Source: a virus (lineage: Duplodnaviria; Caudoviricetes). Taken from it: 64,000 nucleotides of DNA. The stretch's first letter is position 1. Every line of letters starts with the position of its first letter. Where the stretch lies: positions 1 to 64,000 of the IMG/VR virus record IMGVR_UViG_3300047160_014082; one strand, 5' to 3'. The notes below the pieces were generated by a model, which worked only from the letters and a program-made list of their open reading frames with translations, was not told where the DNA came from and searched no databases. Both the position numbers and the translations under genes were made by a program. This document shows positions 1 to 8,706 of the stretch, piece by piece.

Positions 1-2
1 AT

Positions 3-149
3 CCGAAAGCGATTGCTCCGCCACCACCACCGCCACCACCACCGCCACCACCGCCACCGCCTCCGCCACCCCCGCCTGTTGGGCAGGCAACGATCATCCT
101 GGCAGGCACGGGCCTCTATGACGGACAATACGTGAAAAAGGGAACCTAG
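3..149 (+). CDS. 3' end of a gene truncated by the window edge; contains 20 consecutive prolines
   Basis: Frame 3 reads PKAIA-P20-VGQATIILAGTGLYDGQYVKKGT*; CCN x20 at 18-77, TAG at 147-149. Confidence 0.75.
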   Translation, partial: PKAIAPPPPPPPPPPPPPPPPPPPPVGQATIILAGTGLYDGQYVKKGT

Positions 150-151
150 CT

Positions 152-949
152 ATGTGGCTGATGAGACTACCTCTGTTGTTGGTGCTGTTGCTGTTCTTTC
201 AGAAGATTGACCAACCGCCACCGCCGTTGCCGCCTATCAAGGAGCCCGTGGTCGTCGGCACCGGCCCTCTGAGCCTGGGCGAGCCCCGCGAAGTGGACTT
301 CAAGTACGGTAAGCTCATCACCATCGATGCCGATGGTGTTGACGAAGTGACCTGGCTGATCGAATGCCAGGGGGGCACGGATACCAAGGATTTGGAGAAC
401 ATCCGTTATCCCAAAAGTATTAAGTTTCCCATCCCCGAGCCCGGTACGGTTGTCATGATCACCGCGGCAGCGGTGCAAAATGGCAAGGCGGTCCTAGCCA
501 AAACCACCGTGACCGTGCGCGGTGCTTCCAGCACCAAGGGACCAGCCATCCTATACAAGGACAGTGAGACCAAAGAGCCCGAGAAGAACCTACCCGGGAT
601 CCGGGTAGCCAGTATTGCTATTGTCTTCAAGAATGGCGATGCCGCGGCTAATACCCCGCTGGGCCGGCTCTTGGCCATGCCAACGCTGCAAGCTGCTCTG
701 GCGGCCAAGGGGGTCCAGCTGCGCAAGCCGGTGGATGTGGCGGACCCGGATCCGCTGGTTCGGCGCCTGAACTTTGGCGATACCTACAACAACCAAGTGG
801 GAGGGCCTTTTGTCAAGGCGTACGGTGCTAATGAAGTCCCAATCCCCGGGGCCATATGGAAGCTGGACAGTACGAACTTGACGGGGGATCCGGCCGGCGA
901 CCTGCATAACCTGTTGGGCTGGATCAACCGCCTGAACGGGGTGAGGTGA
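152..949 (+). CDS. Exported hypothetical protein (signal peptide, Pro-rich linker)
   Basis: Hydrophobic N-terminus followed by PPPPLPP; co-oriented and tightly packed with neighbours. Confidence 0.7.
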   Translation: MWLMRLPLLLVLLLFFQKIDQPPPPLPPIKEPVVVGTGPLSLGEPREVDFKYGKLITIDADGVDEVTWLIECQGGTDTKDLENIRYPKSIKFPIPEPGTVVMITAAAVQNGKAVLAKTTVTVRGASSTKGPAILYKDSETKEPEKNLPGIRVASIAIVFKNGDAAANTPLGRLLAMPTLQAALAAKGVQLRKPVDVADPDPLVRRLNFGDTYNNQVGGPFVKAYGANEVPIPGAIWKLDSTNLTGDPAGDLHNLLGWINRLNGVR

Positions 950-956
950 GTCTAGT

Positions 957-2531
957 GTGAAGCTCCTGACGACGTGTCTTCTCGTACTCGCTTTGGTCAT
1001 CCCGTCCCTCGCCGAATTGGGGGAGACAGTGCCGACGCGCTTATGGACGCCCGCAAGCGCTATTTACGCAATATACGCGGATGTATTATCCTTGACGGAC
1101 GCGGGACTGGATGCCAGCTGTTTCCAGTATTTCAGCTTGTACAACGAGGTGAGCGCGGAAGCGGTGCGACAGCGTACGGAGCAACTGACCTTGGCCGTCA
1201 ATGAGCTGAATGTGAGCACGACCTATCTGGTGAAACCTACCAAGGTGACACCCGACGGCCGGGTCGTGCGCTTCTGCATTGATGATCTGGGCCTGGCCCG
1301 TAAGGATCTGGAATGGCTCGGCAAGAACGGCTCGGGGGATGCCCCCTTTCCCGAGCCCTATTTCCATCGTGTGCTCACGGCCACCATAGAAGAAGAGTAC
1401 ACAACTCGGGATTGGTGGCCGGGAGGTCTTTGGCAAGGCACCTACTACCGGGAAGGCTGGTATGACAACAAAAGAACCAGGCAGAAGTTTCAGAACAAGA
1501 TCCTTCAGCCGAAGCATTTACCGCGCGTTGAACTTGATACGGTCATTCGTCTCACCCGTACCGATTTTCCCGTTTTCCGTGCTGACTGGTTCACTGTGTA
1601 TAGCGGCTTACCGCCGGCCTATCTGCGCTTCCTGGGCAACCCGCAAACGGTCGATGATGTTCGAACCCTTGCGGGATTAGACAAGGAGACTTATGCCAAG
1701 CAGAGCCAGGACGTTGGTATCGGGCTGCGTGGTACGGCTCTACATAGCAAAGTCGCTCGCCACAATCGGGCGGCCGAGCGCCGCCCGACCCCGTACAATC
1801 GCGGGCGCGGGATTGATTATGAGACCTTCGACTTCAAAACGTCGCTCAACGCCGATGACGTGACCAACAACCTGTTGGTCCATGAGCGCGATGCCGGCGA
1901 GACCTTTTTCACCCTGAGAAATGGCCTACTCGGTTGGATCGTCATCAACGGCAACAAGAAGAACATTCCGGCCGCGGAGCGCAACAAGGTTCTCCAACAG
2001 GCCGATCCGAACATTGTGGTGAACTACCGGACCGGGGGGCCGCAGGATGTGGCCATTCGTTCTGGCCCCATCAGCTGTGGTGGTTGTCACATGAAGGGGA
2101 TCGTGGCTTTCAACGATGACGCGCGCTTGCAGGCGACTACCGGGCGTGGCTTCACCAATCAGAGCTTGCGCACGAAGTACAAAGTCGATGATTTGTACTT
2201 TTCGGAGGACTTAGGTCTATTGATCGCCCAGGATCAGCAGAACTACGCTCGCCAGGTAGTGGCCTTGACTGGCAGCCTGCCCGAAGCTGTGCATTTGGGC
2301 ACCGATGCCATGGCTTTCGCCTATTTGGAAGGGCAGGTCAGTCCGGATGGTGTCTGCCTGGAAACAGGCTATCCGCCCACGGTCGTCGGCCCGGTCATCC
2401 AGGAAGCTGGCCGCGTCGGGCTCGACCATGTGTTTGTAGGTATGCTCTCCGGGCGCAACGGCCGTCGCGATCAGTTCGAACGCGGCTTCGGGCAAATGAT
2501 GGAGTATCTAGTAACTTTACCCATAAAGTAG
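957..2531 (+). CDS. Exported protein with one CxxCH haem-c motif
   Basis: Signal peptide MKLLTTCLLVLALVIPSLA; SCGGCHMK near the C-terminus. Confidence 0.7.
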   Translation: MKLLTTCLLVLALVIPSLAELGETVPTRLWTPASAIYAIYADVLSLTDAGLDASCFQYFSLYNEVSAEAVRQRTEQLTLAVNELNVSTTYLVKPTKVTPDGRVVRFCIDDLGLARKDLEWLGKNGSGDAPFPEPYFHRVLTATIEEEYTTRDWWPGGLWQGTYYREGWYDNKRTRQKFQNKILQPKHLPRVELDTVIRLTRTDFPVFRADWFTVYSGLPPAYLRFLGNPQTVDDVRTLAGLDKETYAKQSQDVGIGLRGTALHSKVARHNRAAERRPTPYNRGRGIDYETFDFKTSLNADDVTNNLLVHERDAGETFFTLRNGLLGWIVINGNKKNIPAAERNKVLQQADPNIVVNYRTGGPQDVAIRSGPISCGGCHMKGIVAFNDDARLQATTGRGFTNQSLRTKYKVDDLYFSEDLGLLIAQDQQNYARQVVALTGSLPEAVHLGTDAMAFAYLEGQVSPDGVCLETGYPPTVVGPVIQEAGRVGLDHVFVGMLSGRNGRRDQFERGFGQMMEYLVTLPIK

Positions 2532-2540
2532 GAGAAAAAC

Positions 2541-3116
2541 ATGAAACTGGTTCTGGCAGTGCTGGTCTCCCTGGTTTTGGCGAGTTCGACGTGCCTGGCC
2601 GGCGGTCCCTACGGCTGCGGTTATTACTACACGCCCAGCTATTGCTACAACTCGTGCTACACGCCGAGCTACTGCTATAGCTACTACTGTGCGGGGGTGT
2701 ATGGGGGCCGGTGGTATCCGGCCGGGAACTATGCCCTCATCGGCGGCTGCTGGTACCGCCAGGGCTACGGCTATGAGTACGGCATCCCGATCCAACAGTA
2801 TGTAGTGCAATCGGCTCTGGTGGCCCCCTATGGCGTGCTTCAGCCGGCGGGTATCACCGTGCAAGCCAACGCGCTGCCGTTGCAGACCGTACAGGCGACT
2901 CAGGTAGCCGCGGTGCAGCAACAGTACGCGGTGCAACAGCCGCAGATGCAGCAGCAAGTAGGCTATAGCCAGCAGCCAATGCAGCAATCGGCTGTACCCA
3001 CGGCCGACGAAATGAAGAAATTCAAGTTGATGTTCCGTGAAGCCATGGCCGAGCTTCAGCAAGAGTTTGCCAAGCAGCAATCCCAGGCTCAGGCCCCGAT
3101 GGCTCCTCCGAAGTGA
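2541..3116 (+). CDS. Exported Tyr/Cys- then Gln-rich low-complexity protein
   Basis: AGGAG RBS, signal peptide, YTPSYCY repeated twice, Gln-rich tail. Confidence 0.7.
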   Translation: MKLVLAVLVSLVLASSTCLAGGPYGCGYYYTPSYCYNSCYTPSYCYSYYCAGVYGGRWYPAGNYALIGGCWYRQGYGYEYGIPIQQYVVQSALVAPYGVLQPAGITVQANALPLQTVQATQVAAVQQQYAVQQPQMQQQVGYSQQPMQQSAVPTADEMKKFKLMFREAMAELQQEFAKQQSQAQAPMAPPK

Positions 3117-3125
3117 GGTGATGTC

Positions 3126-3866
3126 GTGCGTTTGGCCCTCGTGCTCTTGCTACTGGCTACATCGGGGGTGATGGGAGGGGATGGTTATTACCCCTCCCGT
3201 TATCCCTTTGTGGAAATCTTCTATGTTCCCCAACCCACACTTTTGGTAAACTTGAGTCCGCCAATGGTGTATCCCAACTCGGGGATCGTACAACAGCCAT
3301 TGGCGCAGACATACGCAACTCCCGTAGCAGTGTACCCTAGCCAGACGATGACGACGACGGTGGCCACGACGGCCCCCGTGCAGCAGCAGCAGGTGGTGCA
3401 ACAGGCCCCGGCCGCAGCTATGCCGGACTTCTGTGCCGAGCTGTTGAAAAGGCAAATAGAAGTAGAGAAAGTAATGTTTGAAAGTCTGCGGATCATGAGG
3501 AACTTGCCGCCGCCGGAACCGGAAGGTGCCGTAACCCCATCGGCCGGTCTGGTGGCGGCAGTTTCTGCTCCCGTGCCGGCGTCTGCACCGTCCCCGTTGA
3601 CGGTGCAGCGCCGGCCCCCCTTTGATCCGAGCTATGCGGTGAGCCTACTGCACCGCTACTGTGCCGAGTGTCATACGGGGCCGCGCTCCCGGGGGCCACG
3701 CGGCGAACGAGTGCAGTTGTTTGCTCAAGATGGCCGGCTGAACCTCATCAACACTACCAAGCGGGCCATCATGGAATCCATCGCCACAGATTACATGCCG
3801 GCCCGCGAACCCAAGGTCCCGTGGAATTTGAAACAACACATACAGCAGTGGGCCGAACATCACTAA
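3126..3866 (+). CDS. Exported protein with a C-terminal cytochrome-c-like domain
   Basis: Signal peptide; YCAECHTG followed by MPAREP (candidate distal Met ligand). Confidence 0.7.
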   Translation: MRLALVLLLLATSGVMGGDGYYPSRYPFVEIFYVPQPTLLVNLSPPMVYPNSGIVQQPLAQTYATPVAVYPSQTMTTTVATTAPVQQQQVVQQAPAAAMPDFCAELLKRQIEVEKVMFESLRIMRNLPPPEPEGAVTPSAGLVAAVSAPVPASAPSPLTVQRRPPFDPSYAVSLLHRYCAECHTGPRSRGPRGERVQLFAQDGRLNLINTTKRAIMESIATDYMPAREPKVPWNLKQHIQQWAEHH

Positions 3867-3885
3867 TAAGAAAGGGAGGTGAATT

Positions 3886-4584
3886 ATGCGATGCTTTGCT
3901 CTAGCTCTGGCAGCAATTCTGGTTTGGACGGGTTTGGCGCCGGCTCAGCGCGTCGTCGTGCGAGCGCCGTTCACGAACGTCAACATCGGTGCTCGGGGCT
4001 TCGGCTTTGGTGGTGTGAGCCGGGGCACGTTCTTCCGCCCGGGCTTCGGGACTTTCAACACCTTCGGCACCTTCAATAGGGGCGTGTTCTTCAACCGGGC
4101 GCCGTTCTTCAGCACGTTCGGTTATGGCGGCTTCAACCGCGGGTTGTTCTTCAACCAAGGCTATGGCTACAACATCAATCAGGCGGCATTCTTCCCGAGC
4201 TACTTCCCGAGTTACGCCCAGACGTACATGCCGCCGGTGCAGCTTCTGCTTCAGGCTGCCCCGGTCCTGACCTACCGGGTTCCGGTGCAGACGACGTATC
4301 AGATTCAGCAACAGCTGGCGCCGGTCCAGACGTATCAGCAAGAGCTGGCCTATCCCCCGGCGGAAACGGTCAGCTACGCTCCGAGCTACGCCCCCAGCTA
4401 TGCTCAGAGCTACGGCTACACTCCGAGCTACGCCCAGAGCTACTCTCAGAGCTACGGTTATGCTCCGTTGCCGGTCAATCCGCAGGGTGTAAGTCCTGTG
4501 GTGACGTCCGGCTACTGTGGCACCTTGGCGAATCTGTACGGCGGTCGGGGCCTGTTCTTCCGGCCGTTCCGCTTCTTCAGGTAA
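3886..4584 (+). CDS. Exported Gly/Phe/Tyr-rich low-complexity protein
   Basis: GGAGGT RBS, signal peptide, FNRGxFFN and SYAPSY/SYAQSY repeats. Confidence 0.7.
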   Translation: MRCFALALAAILVWTGLAPAQRVVVRAPFTNVNIGARGFGFGGVSRGTFFRPGFGTFNTFGTFNRGVFFNRAPFFSTFGYGGFNRGLFFNQGYGYNINQAAFFPSYFPSYAQTYMPPVQLLLQAAPVLTYRVPVQTTYQIQQQLAPVQTYQQELAYPPAETVSYAPSYAPSYAQSYGYTPSYAQSYSQSYGYAPLPVNPQGVSPVVTSGYCGTLANLYGGRGLFFRPFRFFR

Positions 4585-4597
4585 GCCGTGCCTGAGA

Positions 4598-4639
4598 GCC
4601 CGGGGGTGCGAACCATGCTGGGCCGCCCCCGGGCGTTTT
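4598..4639 (+). terminator. Intrinsic terminator
   Basis: 11-bp GC stem GCCCGGGGGTG/CGCCCCCGGGC followed by GTTTT, just after the 4584 stop. Confidence 0.65.
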
Positions 4640-4689
4640 CTAAAGTGTGCAATTTCGCCCGTGTTTCTCTTCTGTTAAGGAGTCGGTGA

Positions 4690-5085
4690 ATGCGTTGGAT
4701 TCTCAGTGCGACGGTGGCGTTGGTGTGCCTGGTCGGCTCGGCTGCTCCGGCCAAGGCGGACATGTCGGTGACTTTTACAGGGGTTCAAAAGTTCCCCATG
4801 TCTGGGATCATCGAGTTCTCCGGGCAGTATTCTCTTGGTACGGGGGATTACAAACCCGAAGGTACTGTAGTCATTGTAAAAACCAATAACTCATGTATTA
4901 CGGCCCAGGGGACGGTGACGTTTACTACCGTTGCTGGCACCACGGGGGGCACCTGGACGGCGCTTATTGAGACCCCAGGTAATGGGAGTTACAACGCGAA
5001 GATGAATTATACCTGGTACAACGGTACGTGCCGTCATGCAAACACGTTCAACGATCCCTGTAGTCCCTCTGTGACCTGGCCGTGA
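4690..5085 (+). CDS. Exported beta-rich hypothetical protein
   Basis: AAGGAG RBS, signal peptide ending PAKA, Thr/Gly-rich mature part. Confidence 0.65.
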   Translation: MRWILSATVALVCLVGSAAPAKADMSVTFTGVQKFPMSGIIEFSGQYSLGTGDYKPEGTVVIVKTNNSCITAQGTVTFTTVAGTTGGTWTALIETPGNGSYNAKMNYTWYNGTCRHANTFNDPCSPSVTWP

Positions 5086-5132
5086 GAACTCTGCGACCCA
5101 CACCTTTGATCTACATTCTGGAGGAACCAAGT

Positions 5133-5741
5133 ATGCTTGCACATGGTCTGGCTGGACATCCTGAGTATGTTGCAGCCCAAGCCGCAGCTCAGAGGGCACG
5201 GATTCCCTGGGGGGCTTTCATCCAGCTGCTGACCGGCCCGGATGCACTTCTGGTTCTGAAGTACATTCCTCAAGTAGCAGCTCTCTTCGCAGGGGGTACT
5301 CTGAATCCGGTGGCTCTCGTAGCTCTGCTGCAAAGCGCCGGCCCGGATGCCCAGAAGATCATCACGGACATCTTGGCCATATTTCAGGGTGGTGCGGGGG
5401 GTGTTGTCCCCAGTCCCCAGCATCTGGGCGTGTCCGTGGGTTATGTCCCGGGTGGCAATGTGACCCTGACCTTCTCGTGGGATCCGGCCAGCGACGGCGG
5501 CGCTACGGACCATTACACGCTGCAAATTGCTGGTATGCCGGCCTGGACGTTGCCGGGAACGGCTTCATCGTATGCCGTTACTGTGTCGGATAGCACCAGC
5601 GCTACCAATGCTACGCTGACGGCCTGGAACAAGGACAACAAGCCCTGTCCGTTGCCGGCCATCGTAACTTTTGTGCCCCATACCAACCCGCCGGCGCCCA
5701 TTCCAAGCAACCCGGCAAACTTTGGCGTTGTGGTCTCCTAG
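5133..5741 (+). CDS. Hypothetical protein: amphipathic helical N-domain plus fibronectin-III-like domain
   Basis: GGAGG RBS before ATG 5133 (ORF open from 5082); VTLTFSWDPASDGGATDHYTL...VTVS...ATLTAWN resembles FN3. Confidence 0.6.
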   Translation: MLAHGLAGHPEYVAAQAAAQRARIPWGAFIQLLTGPDALLVLKYIPQVAALFAGGTLNPVALVALLQSAGPDAQKIITDILAIFQGGAGGVVPSPQHLGVSVGYVPGGNVTLTFSWDPASDGGATDHYTLQIAGMPAWTLPGTASSYAVTVSDSTSATNATLTAWNKDNKPCPLPAIVTFVPHTNPPAPIPSNPANFGVVVS

Positions 5742-5745
5742 TGGC

Positions 5746-6546
5746 CTAGGCGGACTGCTTTTTTTGTGCGTGGTCGGGGTGGGGTTGTTTGTCGTCACCC
5801 GGCGGACGGCCCCGCCCCTTCGGTTGCTCAAGAGGTTTTTCCAGAAGCGGAACCTTGGGACGAAATAAGTCAGCAAGGAGTTTCGTCCCAGGCATCAGGC
5901 CGGTTAACTCGTGACCTTGCAGCAAAGCCAGGTCGAGTTCATACGGGGAAGTCTCGTGGACGACGTTGTTGTACAAAAACCTGAAGGTCTCCGTGGGCTT
6001 GTCGTTGTGGGTGTTGACCGGCGCCAGTTCGATCAGGTTTTTCAAGCTGGGATCCGTCAGGAGGGTCAAAGCGAACGTATCCGGAGTGTTCAGCAGACAC
6101 GAAAACAGCTCGCCATACTCATCCAAGCCAACTCCCCAACATCCTACCGACGTCAACCACCAGCTGTAGTTTTGCGGACATTGGCCATCCTTGACGCGAT
6201 GAACCGGCACCATGACCGGCGTCCCCTTGGCGTTACGCTTACCCGTAGGTACGGGCAGGGGCAAAAAGTTGATCGTGGTCTTGAGCATGCGGAATTTCCA
6301 GCAGCCGATGCAGATCCAGGGACTGGTGAAAAACAGGGCATGACTGCGCGGTTGTTTCACGAAAGGCTGAACGTCGGGCTCGTCGTGCCGGAACAATTGT
6401 TTGCAGGCGGCGCCGCACCAGTGACAGCGTTCTTTGCCTTCGCAGGCACTACCGCGGGCAATGGCAAACAGCGACGGTGCGGTGACGGTTGCCTTGGCAA
6501 ATAACGATGGAGCGGTGACGATTCCGGTTGTGCTAGAGTCGGCCAT
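5746..6546 (-). CDS. Csf1/Cas8(type IV)-like zinc-finger protein with a C-terminal AT-hook-like motif
   Basis: CHWCG...SPWICIGC, then SWW...LL.TP..F.L.....N....APVN pattern recalled from Csf1; KGRGRPP tail; has its own promoter. Confidence 0.45.
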   Translation of the reverse strand: MADSSTTGIVTAPSLFAKATVTAPSLFAIARGSACEGKERCHWCGAACKQLFRHDEPDVQPFVKQPRSHALFFTSPWICIGCWKFRMLKTTINFLPLPVPTGKRNAKGTPVMVPVHRVKDGQCPQNYSWWLTSVGCWGVGLDEYGELFSCLLNTPDTFALTLLTDPSLKNLIELAPVNTHNDKPTETFRFLYNNVVHETSPYELDLALLQGHELTGLMPGTKLLADLFRPKVPLLEKPLEQPKGRGRPPGDDKQPHPDHAQKKQSA

Positions 6547-6568
6547 GTTTACCCCCAGAGACGAGTAC

Positions 6569-6597
6569 AAAAGGGGGGATCCAACACGGATCCCGCG
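6569..6597 (-). terminator. Leader hairpin plus U-run upstream of the Csf1-like gene
   Basis: GGGATCC-aacac-GGATCCC stem at 6576-6594, TTTT on the minus strand at 6572-6569. Confidence 0.35.
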
Positions 6598-6606
6598 CAA
6601 GGGCTA

Positions 6607-6636
6607 AGTATAAGCGCGCGGAAAAGACCTAGGCAA
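6607..6636 (-). promoter_or_regulatory. Sigma70-like promoter TTGCCT-N18-TATACT
   Basis: Same -35 hexamer family and 18-nt spacer as three other intergenic sites. Confidence 0.6.
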
Positions 6637-6657
6637 GTATTTTGTTGGGGAAATCCC

Positions 6658-8358
6658 ATGGGCCGCATCCAAAACATCAGGGAGAAGGCCGCTCGGCCAT
6701 CGCCCAGTACGCGCGGTGATGCCGGCCGTTTGTGGCGGGAAATCTTCGTCAACAAAGAGCGCGACTTCGGTCCCAACCCTTCCCGGCCCGATCATCCGAC
6801 TACTCCCGGGGGCAACAACGACCCTCGCGCCCAGGGTGCCGTGCAGGATGTGCCGGTCACCCGGCGCAGCATCAGTGCGGCCAACGAAACGGCTTATGTT
6901 GCTCTGCTCAAGGCCATGCGGTCGCGTGCTCCTGGTGGTTGGGCTTCCGACCACTGGGAGCAACTCAAACACTACGTTGGCATCGCCTATGTTGGTATTG
7001 ATCGCATCGGGCGCCAGTGGCAGCGCTTCGAATTCAACGTTTATATGAAGGATGAGACCAGCCAGAATGGCAAGCGGGCCGTCACCGAGAACGATCCGCC
7101 GCAGGGAGGTCGCTTCTGCAAGCCGTATGACCTGATCAAGCTTCTGCAACGGCCGAACAAGCAGGATCACTGGGGTAAATTGTGCTTCCGCTGGTGTCAG
7201 CAGAAAAAGCTGACCGGGATGGCTTTGACCTGGGTTGTGCCGAATGGCCTGGGGGTGCCGATTGAACTATACTGCATTCCGACGGCCCTGGCGATTCCGC
7301 AAGCGGTCATCAATGAAGAATATCCGGATGGATATTACCGCATTCAACCGGTCTATCCCTATGGGCCGTTTTCGAGCTACCCGACGCCAGCCGCGGCCGT
7401 AGGTGCTGCCATCCCAGCTGAGTGGATGATGCGTTTTATGGATCCGCATCCCTTCTTCCGTTATGAAGGGTACGGGCCACTGGAGGGGGGACGTCAGCAA
7501 CTTGATAGCGTGGAAATGATCGACAAGTCGCGCAATTACAAAATGCGCACGTCGTTCAATCCCTCTGCTGTGTTGCAGATGGACGGTGCGGATGAATCGC
7601 AGGGTCTGCCGGAAGACGAAATTGAACGCATCCGGGCCGAGTTTGAGAATCAATGGCTCGACCCGTCGCATCATGGCAATCTGTTCGTGACCTACCCGGG
7701 CGCCCGCGTCGAGGAGTGGGGCAAGGGTCCGGCCGAGTACGACTATCCGCAAAGCTGGGAACAACTCATTAGCTTCTGCCTGGGCGGTGTGTTTGGCATT
7801 ACCAAGCAGGCCGCGGGTATGATCGAGGACAGTAGCTATGCCACGCTGTTTGCGACCCTGAAGCAGCTGCACGTCACTGAGCTGGAACCGAGCTGTGAAG
7901 ACCTGGGCGCCGAACTCACCGCTCAATTGGCCCCCCATTTTGGTGATAATCTGATTGTCGAAGTGCGTTGTCCACGCATCGATGATCATGAGCTGCGCCT
8001 GGCCAAGCTCGACCAACTCATAGCTGCCAAGTGTGTCACCAAGAATCAAGTTCTCATCGAGTGGGGTATGCCCCCGACTGATGAACCTTGGGGCGAAGAC
8101 ATTGCCGGCGATCCGTCGCCAAACGAATCTGCACAGATGCAGCAAGAAATGGAAATGTCGATGATGGCCCCACCGGGCATGGAAGGTGAAGAAGGCTCTC
8201 CCGAAGAAGCGCAAGCCGGTATTGGTAGTGAGCGTCCCGGCCCGGGTGAATTGGGCCGGGGATCGCTCGGACCGCGCAAACATGTTATGTCTCCAAAAAT
8301 TAAGCGCTTTCAGCCGCATCGCAACGGCAAGGGAGGTGTACCATCCCGTGTTTCATAA
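6658..8358 (+). CDS. Phage portal protein (HK97-like)
   Basis: LKHYVGIAYVGIDRI, LIKLLQRPN, LTGMALTWV, EGYGPL, FNPSAVL...AEFENQW, SWEQL...FGITK portal motifs. Confidence 0.92.
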   Translation: MGRIQNIREKAARPSPSTRGDAGRLWREIFVNKERDFGPNPSRPDHPTTPGGNNDPRAQGAVQDVPVTRRSISAANETAYVALLKAMRSRAPGGWASDHWEQLKHYVGIAYVGIDRIGRQWQRFEFNVYMKDETSQNGKRAVTENDPPQGGRFCKPYDLIKLLQRPNKQDHWGKLCFRWCQQKKLTGMALTWVVPNGLGVPIELYCIPTALAIPQAVINEEYPDGYYRIQPVYPYGPFSSYPTPAAAVGAAIPAEWMMRFMDPHPFFRYEGYGPLEGGRQQLDSVEMIDKSRNYKMRTSFNPSAVLQMDGADESQGLPEDEIERIRAEFENQWLDPSHHGNLFVTYPGARVEEWGKGPAEYDYPQSWEQLISFCLGGVFGITKQAAGMIEDSSYATLFATLKQLHVTELEPSCEDLGAELTAQLAPHFGDNLIVEVRCPRIDDHELRLAKLDQLIAAKCVTKNQVLIEWGMPPTDEPWGEDIAGDPSPNESAQMQQEMEMSMMAPPGMEGEEGSPEEAQAGIGSERPGPGELGRGSLGPRKHVMSPKIKRFQPHRNGKGGVPSRVS

Positions 8359-8366
8359 TTGCCAAC

Positions 8367-8702
8367 ATGTCCGGCGGCGATCCCATCATGGGATTGTCCG
8401 GCTGGCCCTGGAGCGGAACGGGAAGCTTTGCTCTGGGTGGTATTCAGCTCAAGGCTGACAAGAATAACAGCGGCAATATCTACGTCGGCACTTCGGGTGG
8501 TATCACTAATCGCTCGGGAGGTTTCCTGGCTAGCGGAATGTCTGGCTTGTTGGATGGGATGCAGCTAGGACCGGGGGATGCCCTGTTTGTGCCTGCTACT
8601 CTTTGTGGACGCACATCGGGCAACTTGAACATCTTCGCGGTTGCTGACAGCGCTTGTTCTGGGCAGGCCCGGCTGTACTGGTGGCCCGAACTCATAGGGT
8701 GA
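8367..8702 (+). CDS. Small Ser-Gly-rich putative virion protein
   Basis: LKADKNNSGNIYVG motif; 10 of 12 Ser are followed by Gly; start may be GTG 8348 with a +1 shift. Confidence 0.7.
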   Translation: MSGGDPIMGLSGWPWSGTGSFALGGIQLKADKNNSGNIYVGTSGGITNRSGGFLASGMSGLLDGMQLGPGDALFVPATLCGRTSGNLNIFAVADSACSGQARLYWWPELIG

Positions 8703-8706
8703 TCCC

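Noticed and set aside
152-5741. Terminase, lysis or integrase genes upstream of the portal
   Set aside because: No Walker A/nuclease, endolysin or recombinase motifs seen; the helical N-domain of 5133 is not hydrophobic enough to call a holin
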